Origin: Spirochaetia bacterium
GTDB taxonomy: Bacteria > Spirochaetota > Spirochaetia > SZUA-6 > Bin103
Length of the DNA: 64,000 nucleotides
Reading direction: 5' to 3'
Assembly: GCA_965203515.1 (NCBI GenBank)
Contig: OZ241907.1
Span: 1,472,001 to 1,536,000, forward strand
Part shown: positions 1 through 9,376 of the stretch, piece after piece
How positions within the stretch are numbered: the first letter of the stretch is position 1
Layout: every line of letters starts with the position of its first letter
Notes under the pieces: generated by a model
Databases searched by the model: none
What the model saw: the letters and a program-made list of their open reading frames with translations, nothing else
What the model was told of the DNA's origin: nothing
Translations under genes and position numbers: made by a program

Positions 1-158
1 GTGCAGCGGTAGCGCGACACCGCGCCGTCGATGCAGGCGCGCGCAGCCGGATCAAGCCGGTCGTACAAGGTCCCCGGATACCGGGTCGGCCCCTGATGCA
101 CGGTCGTCCCCGGATGCCGGGTCGCCGCCATGCGCTACGTCTCGCGCGCCGGCAAACC

Positions 159-878
159 TCAGCCGGCCACCGGCACGCCGTCGAGCTTGCCGTCGGCGTG
201 CATGGCGTTCCATTCGTCCAGGAAGGTGCGGTTCCACTGATCGGTGAGCGGGTGGTCCATCATCTCCTTGAGGGTCGTCCAGAAGATGATGATGCCGTCC
301 GCGCCGGCCCGCAGCGCTGCGTACGCCACGTCGACCGAGCGCACCAGCGCCGCCGTGACGAACGGGCGCTGCGCCCAGCCGTCGAACATGGCGCGGCACT
401 CGCGCACCAGCCGCACCGGATCGTCCTGGAGCTGCTTGACCGGCTCGCAGAACGGCAGCACGTGCGTGGCGCCCGCCTGCGCGACCGCGGCCGCCTGCGT
501 CAGCGAGAAGACCGTGGTGCAGAAGGTCTCCACGCCTTCGGCGGCGAACGCCCGAAAGGCGCCAAGACCCTGCGTCGTGCACGGCACCTTGATGATGATG
601 TTGTCCGCCATGGCCGTGAAGACGTGCCCGACGTCGATCAGCTCGGCCGTGGTGTGGCCATCGATCTCCACCACGACCGGCTTGTCCGTCATGTCCAGGT
701 AGCGCCGGATCACCTGCTGCAAGGTCCCGTACTTCTTGACCAACTGGTTCTGCACGACCGTGTTGGTGACGATCCCGGCAGCGCCGCGGTCCATCCACTC
801 GCCCAGGTCGGCCGGGTCGCCCGCCAGCCAGATCGCCGGCCCCCGCCCCTCGCTACGCGCCTGCTGCGCGGTCTTCAT
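159..878 (-). CDS. Transaldolase / fructose-6-phosphate aldolase family protein (divergent)
   Basis: GIVTNT, VVVEI, Schiff-base Lys in IIIKVPCT, TVFSLTQAAAVAQAGA, LRAGAD; GGAGGAG RBS upstream. Confidence 0.85.
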   Translation of the reverse strand: MKTAQQARSEGRGPAIWLAGDPADLGEWMDRGAAGIVTNTVVQNQLVKKYGTLQQVIRRYLDMTDKPVVVEIDGHTTAELIDVGHVFTAMADNIIIKVPCTTQGLGAFRAFAAEGVETFCTTVFSLTQAAAVAQAGATHVLPFCEPVKQLQDDPVRLVRECRAMFDGWAQRPFVTAALVRSVDVAYAALRAGADGIIIFWTTLKEMMDHPLTDQWNRTFLDEWNAMHADGKLDGVPVAG

Positions 879-900
879 GTTGATCGTCCTCCTCCAGCGC

Positions 901-1554
901 TCAGAACGCGATGGCCAGCTCGATGCTCCACGGAAAGCGCAGGCCGCTGTTCACGTTGGCCACGACGTTTTCCATACCTTTCATGCCGGTCTTGAATCCG
1001 GTGAAGGGGCTGAGCGCGAGCTGGTAGCTCACGCCGACGCGCGGAGTGAGCGCGACCGGTCCCCAGATGACCCGGTAGCCGACGTGCGCGCCCGCTCCTA
1101 TCAGCACCGTCCACGACTCCAGTTTTGTCCCGGTCGGATCTTTGAGCGCCGAATCCTGGAACCGGGCGGAGGCGTACCCCGGGGAGATCCACGCCCCCGC
1201 GAACACGCCGGTCGGCGACACGCCGTTCACGTAGTAGTTGGCGCCGGCGGCGATCGACACGGACCAGACGTCGTAGTCATCCCGCACGATGCCCGTGCTA
1301 GCGGGCGGCAGCGGATTGAAGATACCAAATTTCGCGTTGTAATAGGCGGGGATGACGAAGATGCTGAGGTCGTCGTCGAGCACCTGCTCGAAGGACCCGC
1401 TGTAGAGGCCGACCATCGGTCCCAGGAGGTTGAGGCCGATGACCGTGGTCTTGTCCTCCGCCGTCTGGGCGAAGCTCGGCGCGGCGACCAGCATGCCGAG
1501 CGCGACGATCAGCGGCGCGAACCTGAAGCGAAACGACCGATTCATGGCCGTCAT
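901..1554 (-). CDS. Exported protein, probable outer-membrane beta-barrel
   Basis: Signal peptide ending APSFA; alternating amphipathic strands (AGANYY, GAHVGYRV); C-terminal Phe (IELAIAF). Confidence 0.6.
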   Translation of the reverse strand: MTAMNRSFRFRFAPLIVALGMLVAAPSFAQTAEDKTTVIGLNLLGPMVGLYSGSFEQVLDDDLSIFVIPAYYNAKFGIFNPLPPASTGIVRDDYDVWSVSIAAGANYYVNGVSPTGVFAGAWISPGYASARFQDSALKDPTGTKLESWTVLIGAGAHVGYRVIWGPVALTPRVGVSYQLALSPFTGFKTGMKGMENVVANVNSGLRFPWSIELAIAF

Positions 1555-1558
1555 GGTA

Positions 1559-2716
1559 TCACCGGGACAGCACGTTGCAAAGCGCGGCCACCACCGCCTC
1601 GATCTGCGCCGGCTCGATGATCAGCGGCGGCAGCAGGCGGATCACGGTGGTGCCGGCCGGCAGCGCCAGCACCCCCTGTTCCATCAGCGCGGTCAGGTGC
1701 GGCTGCGACCGTTCCTTGAGCTCGATGCCGATCATCAGGCCGTACTGGCGGAGCTCCCGCACGCAGGCCGGCCGCGACCGCTCGAACAGCTCCGCAAAGT
1801 ACGCTCCGGACTCGGCCGCCCGGCGGGCCAGGTCGTGCGCGACCAGGTAATCGATGGTGGCCGCCGCCGCCGCGCAGGCCAGCGGGTTGCCGCCGAACGT
1901 GGAGCCGTGCACGCCGACCGCCGGCTTGACCGCATCGCTGAACAACGCCGCCCCCATCGGCACGCCGCCGGCGATGCCCTTGGCCACGCACATGACGTCC
2001 GGCTGCACGCCGCTGTGCTCGACCGCGAACATGCGGCCGGTGCGGCAGAAGCCGGTCTGGATCTCGTCGGCGATCAACAGCGCGCCGCGCTCGTCGCACA
2101 GCCGGCGGACGCCGCGCAGGTACGCGTCGTCGGCGCGGTGCACCCCGCCCTCCCCCTGGATCGGCTCCAGCACCACCGCCGCGGTGCGGTCGGTGACCGC
2201 CTCCGCCAGCTTGGCGAGGTTGTTGTACGGGACGTGCGCGATGCCGGGAACCAGCGGCGCGAACGGCTCCCGGTACTGCTTCTTGTGGGTGGCGCTCAGC
2301 GCCCCCATGGTGCGGCCGTGGAACCCGCGCATCGCGGCGACGATGCCGGTGCGGCCGGTCGCCAGACGCGCGAACTTGAAGGCGGTCTCGATCGCCTCCG
2401 CGCCGGAGTTGCACAGATAGGCGCGCGTCAGGCGCTCGGGCGCCGCCGACACCAGCTTGGCCAGGAGCGCCGCGCGCCGGTCGTTGTAGAACACGCCGCC
2501 GCAGGTGATCAGCGTCCGCGCCTGCCGGCCGATCGCCTCCGCCACCACCGGGTGGGCATGACCCAGGCAGGCCACGCCGGTGCCGGCGGCGCAGTCGAGG
2601 TAGCTGCGCCCCGCCTCGTCCCAGACCACCGCGCCTTCGCCCCGCACCAGGGTCAGGTCGCGCTTCGGATAGACCTCGAACGCGTAGCGTCGTTCCGTCT
2701 CTTGAACGTTCATCAT
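1559..2716 (-). CDS. lysJ: [LysW]-aminoadipate semialdehyde transaminase (class III PLP, ArgD/LysJ)
   Basis: NSGAEAIE, GFHGRTMGALS, EPIQGEGG, DEIQTGFCRTG, AKGIAGG, HGSTFGGNP; lysW operon context. Confidence 0.9.
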   Translation of the reverse strand: MMNVQETERRYAFEVYPKRDLTLVRGEGAVVWDEAGRSYLDCAAGTGVACLGHAHPVVAEAIGRQARTLITCGGVFYNDRRAALLAKLVSAAPERLTRAYLCNSGAEAIETAFKFARLATGRTGIVAAMRGFHGRTMGALSATHKKQYREPFAPLVPGIAHVPYNNLAKLAEAVTDRTAAVVLEPIQGEGGVHRADDAYLRGVRRLCDERGALLIADEIQTGFCRTGRMFAVEHSGVQPDVMCVAKGIAGGVPMGAALFSDAVKPAVGVHGSTFGGNPLACAAAAATIDYLVAHDLARRAAESGAYFAELFERSRPACVRELRQYGLMIGIELKERSQPHLTALMEQGVLALPAGTTVIRLLPPLIIEPAQIEAVVAALCNVLSR

Positions 2717-3504
2717 CCGATGCTGGTGCCGCGTCCCGCCAAGCCGTCGCGCAGGGGGTGTTCGGTGCGCCCGTCGCAGAGTATGACCTGCGCGCCGCCC
2801 AGCGCAATCAGCTCCTTGAGCGCGCGCAGCTTGCGCCGGATGCGGCCGACGGCCTGCTCCTCGAAGCGGTCGAGCGCGGCGGCGTCGAGTTCGCGCACGA
2901 CCGAAGTCTCGTCATCCGCGCGCGCCAGGAACCCCGGCGCTTCGATGAGCTGGAACACGCGCCGCGCGCGCAGCTCGGCGTGCAGCGCCACCACGATGTC
3001 GTCGTTCTCGGAATTGATGGCGATGCCTTCTTCGTCCGCGATCGGGATGCTGATCACCGGCGTATAGCCGCCGTCGAGCAGCGTGCGCAGCAGCGCGCCG
3101 TTGACGCCCGCCGGCTTGCCGGAGCGGTCGCGCACGATGAACGTCCGGCCGTCGCGCCGCACGCGGATCCCCCGGTTGCGCCGCCCCCGGATCAGGCGCC
3201 CGTCCAGACCGGTCAGCCCGACCGCGTCGACGCCGGACCGCTGGCAGAGCTCGACGAGCTGCGTGTTCCGCAGCCCTGCGTAGGCCAGCATGATCATGTC
3301 GAGGGCGCGATCGTCGGAGTAGACGCTGGAGTAGCCGGCCATCGACGTCAGCACCTGCTTGGGGGCGCCCAGGCGCTCGGCCAGCTCGTCGCGCAACGCG
3401 TTGGCGCCGTGCACGACCACCGCCGGTTCGCCCAGCTCGGCCAGGTCCGCCGCGATCGCCGGCAGGTTGATGGCGCTGCCGCCGCCGACCTTGATGATGT
3501 TCAC
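2713..3504 (-). CDS. lysZ: [LysW]-aminoadipate kinase
   Basis: IIKVGG, VVVHGA, GLTGLDG, basic insertion RRNRGIRVRRDGR, YTPVIS; amino-acid kinase family in lysW cluster. Confidence 0.9.
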   Translation of the reverse strand: MNIIKVGGGSAINLPAIAADLAELGEPAVVVHGANALRDELAERLGAPKQVLTSMAGYSSVYSDDRALDMIMLAYAGLRNTQLVELCQRSGVDAVGLTGLDGRLIRGRRNRGIRVRRDGRTFIVRDRSGKPAGVNGALLRTLLDGGYTPVISIPIADEEGIAINSENDDIVVALHAELRARRVFQLIEAPGFLARADDETSVVRELDAAALDRFEEQAVGRIRRKLRALKELIALGGAQVILCDGRTEHPLRDGLAGRGTSIG

Positions 3505-3507
3505 CGT

Positions 3508-4188
3508 TCAGGGTCCCGTGGATGTGGTTGGGTAGGCGCGCACGTCACCGGTGGGGAGCGGCCGCCACTCGCCCGCGCGGGGCGCGCCGGCTGCGCCGCC
3601 CGCAGGCAGCGGATCGGAACAGACTACCAGCCGCCCCGGACCGCGCGCAACGTGCATCCGAAAGTAGTCCGGCGAGTCGTTGAACCGGTTGGTGACCCGG
3701 ACCGCCGCGGCGTCGGCGATGATGACGTTCATCGCGCGCACGTAGCGCGTCCTTCTCTCGATGATCGCAAGCCCCTTGCGCATCGCTTCGGTCAGGTCGC
3801 CGCGGTCGAAGCGGCGGATGAAGTTGTAGACCTTCTCGGCCCCGATGCGACCGGTCTCCTTCACCCGCACGCCGCGCAACTCGCCATTGAACAGGAACAC
3901 GGACCGCCCGTCGGTGAACGGCATGTTGTTGCGCACCTCGATCCCTTCGTCGCGGAACGCGCTGCGGGCGTGCGCGACCAGCAACCGCGTGCGCGCGCGC
4001 GGCGGCGACCGGTCCTCCCAGACCGGGGCGATGTCGTGATGGAGCCGCCAGCCGTCCGGCGTCATCCAGGCGCAGCCCCAGCCGTGGCCCTGGTACTCGG
4101 AGCTGGTGCGGGCGATCTCCGCGAACGGCTGCAGGTAGCGCTGCAGCTCGAACGGCTCGGCGGCCTGGACCGCAAGCAGGCGACACAC
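3508..4188 (-). CDS. Class II glutamine amidotransferase / Ntn-hydrolase (EgtC/YafJ/Dug3-like)
   Basis: GTG start followed by Cys (MCRLL), HGWG, AHARSA, NNMPF, FLFNGE, VVCSDPL. Confidence 0.85.
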   Translation of the reverse strand: MCRLLAVQAAEPFELQRYLQPFAEIARTSSEYQGHGWGCAWMTPDGWRLHHDIAPVWEDRSPPRARTRLLVAHARSAFRDEGIEVRNNMPFTDGRSVFLFNGELRGVRVKETGRIGAEKVYNFIRRFDRGDLTEAMRKGLAIIERRTRYVRAMNVIIADAAAVRVTNRFNDSPDYFRMHVARGPGRLVVCSDPLPAGGAAGAPRAGEWRPLPTGDVRAYPTTSTGP

Positions 4189-4207
4189 GGGCGGGACGCG
4201 CGAACGC

Positions 4208-5236
4208 TCAGACCGGATGCAGGCCGGGAAAGCCGAGTCCGGCGCGCTCGTCGAATCCGTACATGACGTTGAACGCCTGCACCGCCTGGCCGGCCGCTCC
4301 CTTCATCAGATTGTCCAGCGCGCTCATCACCACCAGACGCCGCGAGCCGGCGTCGAGCTCGAAGCCGACGTCGCAGTAGTTGCTGCCGGCCAGGATCTTC
4401 GGCTCCGGGTAGCGGTAGATGCCGCGGCGGCCCTTGACGATCCGCACGAACGGCTCGTCCGCGTAGGCGCGGCGGAAGATGCGCCACACCGCCTTCTCAT
4501 CGAGCGATTCCGTGAGGAAGACGTGCGCGGTCGCCAGCAGGCCGCGCACCAGCTCCACCGCGGTCGCGGAGAAGCTGAGCGGCAGCCGGTCGCCGAGCTC
4601 CTGCCGTATCTCCGCCTGGTGACGGTGTCCGGTCGGCTTGTAGGAGCGCACGCTGCCGGCTCGCTCGGGGTGGTGGCTGGCCGCGGTCGCCTCGTTGCCG
4701 CCTTCGCTCGACCCGGCCTTGACCTCCACCACGACCTGGTCGACCACGCCGGCGGCCGCCAGCGGGAGCAGCGCCAGGATCGTCGCGGTGGCGTTGCACC
4801 CGCAGCCGGAGACCAGCGCCGCTCCCGCCAGCCGGTCGCGGTGCAGCTCCGGCATCCCGTACACGGCGTCGGCCAGCAGCTCCGGCCGCGGATGGCTGCG
4901 TCCGTACCAGCGCTCGTAGCCATCGGGGTCGCGCAGGCGGAAGTCGGCGCTGAGGTCGACGATGCGCTCGGCGACGCCGCGGAACCGGTCGATCCGGCCC
5001 ATCGCCCGCCCGTGCGGGAGACACAGGAACAACGCGTCGCACGGGTCCAGCTCGTCGGCCCTGACGAACTGCAGGTCGGTGACCCCGCGCAGGTTGGGAT
5101 GCGCGTGGTGGACGTAGGTGCCGGCCAGCCGCTCGGAGGTCGCCTGCGCGACCGATACCTGCGGGTGGAACAGCAGCAGCCGCAGCAGCTCGCCGCCCAC
5201 GTAGCCGGAGGCGCCGGCGATCGACGCGCGTATCAC
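4208..5236 (-). CDS. lysY: [LysW]-aminoadipyl-phosphate reductase (ArgC/LysY)
   Basis: [61 protein letters not shown]. Confidence 0.93.
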   Translation of the reverse strand: MIRASIAGASGYVGGELLRLLLFHPQVSVAQATSERLAGTYVHHAHPNLRGVTDLQFVRADELDPCDALFLCLPHGRAMGRIDRFRGVAERIVDLSADFRLRDPDGYERWYGRSHPRPELLADAVYGMPELHRDRLAGAALVSGCGCNATATILALLPLAAAGVVDQVVVEVKAGSSEGGNEATAASHHPERAGSVRSYKPTGHRHQAEIRQELGDRLPLSFSATAVELVRGLLATAHVFLTESLDEKAVWRIFRRAYADEPFVRIVKGRRGIYRYPEPKILAGSNYCDVGFELDAGSRRLVVMSALDNLMKGAAGQAVQAFNVMYGFDERAGLGFPGLHPV

Positions 5237-6078
5237 GCCCCGGTCTGGCTGGCGCGGGCGATGGTGTAATCGACGACGTGGCCGGGAATGTCGACGCCGG
5301 TGGTGTCGATGCTGTTGCTGAACTCCATCGTGTAGTTTACCTCGTTGACCAGCAGGCCGTCATCGCTCTCCAGCAGGTCGACGCCGACCAGGCCGCCGCC
5401 CACGGCCCGCGCCGCGCGCACGGCAAGCTCGCCCAGTTCCGCGGTGACCGGCGCGCCGCTGGCGGTGCCGCCGAGCGCGGTATTGGTCTTCCAGTGCGCG
5501 GATGTCCGGTAGATGGCGGCGATGCAGCGGTCCCCCACCACGAAGCAGCGGATGTCGCGGCCCGGCTTGTCGATGTACTTCTGCACGAAGAAGATCGAGT
5601 GGTGGTAGGAACCGAGGATGCGCTTGTGCTCCAGGATCGATTCGGCCGCTTCCCGGTCGTTCACCTTGGCGAGCAGACGCCCCCAGGAGCCGACCGCCGG
5701 CTTCAGGACCACCGGGTAGCCGATCTCCTCGATCGCCTGCAGCGCGGACCGGTCGGTAAAGGCCACGCGGACCTCCGGCTGCGGCACGCCGTGCTCGCGC
5801 AGCGCGACGGCGGTGAGGATCTTGTCGCCGCACACCTGCGCGACCCGGTAGCTGTTGAGGCAGCGTATGCCGGCGCTTTCCAGGAGGCGCAGGGCGTGCA
5901 GCGCCCGCGAGTGGTTGATGCACCGCTCCAGGACCACGTCGACCGGCGGGCAGCGGTGCAGGTCGAATACCAGCTCGCGGTCGTCGATCAGCGTCACCTG
6001 CACGCCGCGCGCGCGGAACGCGGCAAGGAGGAGCTTCTCCTCCTTGCGTATCAGCGAGTGCAGGACGCCGATTCTCAC
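5233..6078 (-). CDS. lysX: Alpha-aminoadipate--LysW ligase (RimK ATP-grasp)
   Basis: GTG start overlapping lysW stop; [38 protein letters not shown] (LysX-type NT/NS signature). Confidence 0.93.
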   Translation of the reverse strand: MRIGVLHSLIRKEEKLLLAAFRARGVQVTLIDDRELVFDLHRCPPVDVVLERCINHSRALHALRLLESAGIRCLNSYRVAQVCGDKILTAVALREHGVPQPEVRVAFTDRSALQAIEEIGYPVVLKPAVGSWGRLLAKVNDREAAESILEHKRILGSYHHSIFFVQKYIDKPGRDIRCFVVGDRCIAAIYRTSAHWKTNTALGGTASGAPVTAELGELAVRAARAVGGGLVGVDLLESDDGLLVNEVNYTMEFSNSIDTTGVDIPGHVVDYTIARASQTGA

Positions 6079-6239
6079 TCGCCCCAGTCCTCGTCTTCCT
6101 CCGGCGCCTCGGCCAGCGTGACGGGATCGAGCGAGGTCACCTCCAACCCCGTGCCGCACTCGGGACAGTCCTTCGTCTCCGACTTCTCGACGTTGGCGGG
6201 CAGCGGTACGTCGGCATCGCACACGGGACAAGCAGGCAT
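6075..6239 (-). CDS. lysW: LysW amino-group carrier protein (54 aa; not in ORF track)
   Basis: Hand translation [54 protein letters not shown]: two CxxC and C-terminal EDWGE; AGGAGG RBS. Confidence 0.96.
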   Translation of the reverse strand: MPACPVCDADVPLPANVEKSETKDCPECGTGLEVTSLDPVTLAEAPEEDEDWGE

Positions 6240-6281
6240 CGATTCATCCTCCTATCGAATGGATGGTGTTCTGAATCGGTA

Positions 6282-6311
6282 ACTGTACTGCGATGACCGG
6301 CATACGGACAA
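6282..6311 (-). promoter_or_regulatory. Putative sigma70 promoter of lysW operon
   Basis: TTGTCC-18 nt-TACAGT on minus strand upstream of lysW RBS. Confidence 0.4.
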
Positions 6312-6377
6312 GGGGAGCCGCCGTCGCGGGCGCCGCCTCCGATTTTCATTAATTCACGTTCATCTCATTAATGCGAC

Positions 6378-6404
6378 TTGACAAGGATAATGAACCTTGC
6401 TTCA
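6378..6404 (+). promoter_or_regulatory. Putative promoter with Fur-box half-site for iron transporter
   Basis: TTGACA (6378) followed by GATAATGA inside CAAGG..CCTTG inverted repeat, AT-rich intergenic region. Confidence 0.45.
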
Positions 6405-6436
6405 CTGCCTCCATTCTCATCAAGGAGGTCTCCCCC

Positions 6437-7459
6437 ATGAGACGCATGTTCCTCTGCCTTACCGTGATCGCCGCCGCGCTGGCCGCGGCCGGCCCGGCCC
6501 TGGCCGACGGTGAGGTCAACGTCTACTCGCATCGCCACTACGACACCGATCAGGCGCTCTACGACCGGTTCAGGGAGCTGACCGGGATCACGGTCAACGT
6601 GCTGCAGGGCAGCGCCGACGAGCTGATCGAGCGCCTGTCCCGCGAGGGCGCGGCATCGCCGGCCGACGTGCTGATGACCGTCGACGCCGGCCGCCTGGTA
6701 CGGGCGCAGGCGATGGGCCTGCTGCAGCCGGCCTCGTCGGCGCTGCTGGACGCCAACGTTCCGGCCCACCTGCGCGACCCGGACGGCCACTGGTTCGGAC
6801 TCACGCGGCGCGCCCGGGTCATCGTCTACCACCCGGACCGCGTCTCGCCGGCCGCGCTGTCGACCTACGCCGACCTCACGCATCCCCGTTGGCAGGGGCG
6901 CATCCTGATCCGGTCGTCGTCGAACATCTACAACCAGTCGTTGCTGGCGTCGATCATCGCCCATGAGGGCGAGGCGGCGGCCGCCGCCTGGGCCGCCGGG
7001 CTGGTCGCCAACATGGCGCGCGCGCCGCAGGGCAATGACCGCGACCAGATGAAGGCGGTCGTCGCCGGCGAAGGCGACCTGGCGATCGTGAACACCTACT
7101 ACGTCGGCCGTCTGATCGAATCCGCCGACCGATACGAGCGAGAGGTCGGCGCGCAGGTGCGGGTGTTCTTCCCGAATCAGGGCGACCGCGGCGCCCACGT
7201 CAACGTCAGCGGCGCCGGGGTCACGGCCGGCGCCGGGAACCGCGGCAACGCGGTCGAGCTGCTGGAGTTCCTGACCGGCGCGGAGGCGCAGGAGCGGTTC
7301 TCCGCGGCCAACTACGAGTATCCGGTCAATCCCGCGGTGAGCCCGTCGCCGCTGCTGCAGTCGTGGGGCGCATTCGTCGCCGACGATCTGCCGTTGCACC
7401 GGCTGGGCGATCTGAACGCGGACGCGGTGCGCGTCTTCGACCACGCCGGCTGGCGGTAG
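6437..7459 (+). CDS. fbpA: Fe(3+) ABC transporter substrate-binding protein (FbpA/FutA)
   Basis: AAGGAGG RBS, signal peptide, VNVYSHRHYDTD, SPADVLMTVDAGRL, RSSSNIYNQSL, GNDRDQ, NTYYV, NYEYP. Confidence 0.93.
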   Translation: MRRMFLCLTVIAAALAAAGPALADGEVNVYSHRHYDTDQALYDRFRELTGITVNVLQGSADELIERLSREGAASPADVLMTVDAGRLVRAQAMGLLQPASSALLDANVPAHLRDPDGHWFGLTRRARVIVYHPDRVSPAALSTYADLTHPRWQGRILIRSSSNIYNQSLLASIIAHEGEAAAAAWAAGLVANMARAPQGNDRDQMKAVVAGEGDLAIVNTYYVGRLIESADRYEREVGAQVRVFFPNQGDRGAHVNVSGAGVTAGAGNRGNAVELLEFLTGAEAQERFSAANYEYPVNPAVSPSPLLQSWGAFVADDLPLHRLGDLNADAVRVFDHAGWR

Positions 7460-7594
7460 CGCGGCCGCCCGACAACGCGAAACGCGGGCCGGGAAACGCC
7501 GCCGGCGGTCCGGCCCGCCCTTGCGCAATCGGTTTGAATATGCCTATACCTACTTAACGTAGCTTGATTCATATGGTACCGGCTCGGACACGGC

Positions 7595-9376
7595 ATGGCT
7601 GACCTGCTGGCGGTACGGCTGCCCCGCCTCCTGCGCACCGGTGCGCTCCGGCGGCGGGCTGCCTGCGCCGCCGCGTCACGCGGCTGGCTGGCGGCGCCGA
7701 TCACGGCCGGCGTGCTGATCGGCGCGCCGCTCCTGGTCGTGATCGCCAACCTGGGCGGCGTCTTCTCGGCGGAGATGGGTCACCTGCTGCGCACGGTGCT
7801 GCCGCGCTACGCGGGCACCACGGCCGCCCTGGTCGCCCTGGTCGCCGCGCTCTGCGCGCTGGTCGGCGTGACCGCCGCGTGGCTGGTGACCGTATACGAT
7901 TTTCCCGGGCGGCGGGCGTTCGGGTGGCTCCTGGTGCTGCCGCTGGCCATCCCGACCTACATCGGCGCGCTGGCCTACGGCGGCATCTTCGACTACACGG
8001 GGCCGGCGCAGTTGCTGTTCCGGGAGGTGCTGGGCGTGCCGGCCGGCGCCTATCCGACCCTGCGGGTGCGCGGCTTCGGCGGGCTGACGTTCGTGCTCGC
8101 GGCGCTCCTGTATCCGTACGTCTACCTCACCGCGCGCGCGGCCTTCACCCAGCAGGGCGCGACCCTGCTGGAGGTGACCCGCAGCCTGGGAAGCTCCGGC
8201 GCGGAGGCGTTCGCCCGCGCGGTGCTCCCCGCGACCCGGCCGGCCCTGGCCGCCGGCGTGATGCTGGCGGCGATGGAAGCGCTCGGCGAGTTCGGCGCCT
8301 CGCACTACCTGGGGGTCGATACCCTGACGATCGGCATCTTTCGCGGCTGGTTCGGGCTCGGCAGCATACGCGTCGCGCTGGCGATGGGGGCGCTGCTGCT
8401 GATCGCCGTCGCGCTGCTGCAGGCGGTCGAGCACCGCCGGCGCGGCGCGGCGCGGTTCTGCGGCGCGGCGCTGCACGACCGCCCCCTGGTCCGCCGCCGG
8501 CTGCGCGGCGCCGCGGCGCTGGCCGCCTGGGTCGCCTGCGCGGTGCCGGTGATCACGGGATTCGCGCTGCCGGCGGGGCAGCTCCTGTGGTGGGCCGGCC
8601 GCCGCCTGCCGGCCTTCGACGCCGATCTGCTCCGGCTGACGGCCACCAGCATCGGCCTGGCCGCGACCGCGACCGGGGCCACGGTGGTGCTGGCCGTGCT
8701 GGTGGCATACGCGGCCCGGGTTCGCAAGGATCGGCTGGCCGGCGCGCTGGCGCGCTGGTCGGCCGCCGGCTACGCGGTGCCGGCGGCGGTGCTGGCGGTC
8801 GGCATCGCCACCGCCTACACCTGGGTCGACCATCGGCTGAACGGCGCGGCGCGCGCCCTGCTCGGCGTCTCGCCCGGGCTGCTGTTGACCGCTTCCGGCC
8901 TGGCGCTGATCGCCGGCTACGTGGTGCGGTTCTTCGCCGTGGGATACCACGCGGTCGATGCCGGCTTCGCCCGCATCCCGGCCCGGTTCGACGAGGTGGG
9001 CCGCGTGCTGGGATTCCGGCCAGGGCGCGGGCTGCTGCACGTCGCGTTGCCGAATCTGCGGCCCGCCTTGCTGACGGCGTCGATCCTGATGATCGTGGAG
9101 ATGCTGAAGGAGCTGCCGTTGACGCTGATCCTGCGGCCGTTTCGCCTGGAGACGCTGGCCACCAACGTGTTCCGGTTGGCCGGCAACGAACAGCTCATCG
9201 ACGCGGCGCCGTACGCGCTGGTGATCATCGCCGCCGGACTCGGCCCGGTCCTGATCCTCAATCGCGCGGTCGGGGCCAATCGCGCGGCCGGGGCCAGTCG
9301 CGCGGCCGGGGCCGGCCGCCGGCGCGCACGGCCGCGGTCACGGCCGGTCGATGCTGCGGCTCCGGCGCAAGCGTAA
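7595..9376 (+). CDS. fbpB: Fe(3+) ABC transporter permease
   Basis: Two-repeat permease: FPGRR, LPLAIPTY, LYPYVYL, EFGA, KELPLTLILRPF, TLAT. Confidence 0.9.
   Translation: MADLLAVRLPRLLRTGALRRRAACAAASRGWLAAPITAGVLIGAPLLVVIANLGGVFSAEMGHLLRTVLPRYAGTTAALVALVAALCALVGVTAAWLVTVYDFPGRRAFGWLLVLPLAIPTYIGALAYGGIFDYTGPAQLLFREVLGVPAGAYPTLRVRGFGGLTFVLAALLYPYVYLTARAAFTQQGATLLEVTRSLGSSGAEAFARAVLPATRPALAAGVMLAAMEALGEFGASHYLGVDTLTIGIFRGWFGLGSIRVALAMGALLLIAVALLQAVEHRRRGAARFCGAALHDRPLVRRRLRGAAALAAWVACAVPVITGFALPAGQLLWWAGRRLPAFDADLLRLTATSIGLAATATGATVVLAVLVAYAARVRKDRLAGALARWSAAGYAVPAAVLAVGIATAYTWVDHRLNGAARALLGVSPGLLLTASGLALIAGYVVRFFAVGYHAVDAGFARIPARFDEVGRVLGFRPGRGLLHVALPNLRPALLTASILMIVEMLKELPLTLILRPFRLETLATNVFRLAGNEQLIDAAPYALVIIAAGLGPVLILNRAVGANRAAGASRAAGAGRRRARPRSRPVDAAAPAQA

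Noticed and set aside
3508..4188. egtC of ergothioneine synthesis
   Set aside because: No egtA/B/D nearby; gene is embedded between lysY and lysZ
6240..6436. Lysine riboswitch or ARG box upstream of lysW
   Set aside because: Leader after the putative promoter is too short, no riboswitch motifs seen, TGAAT matches lack a convincing palindrome
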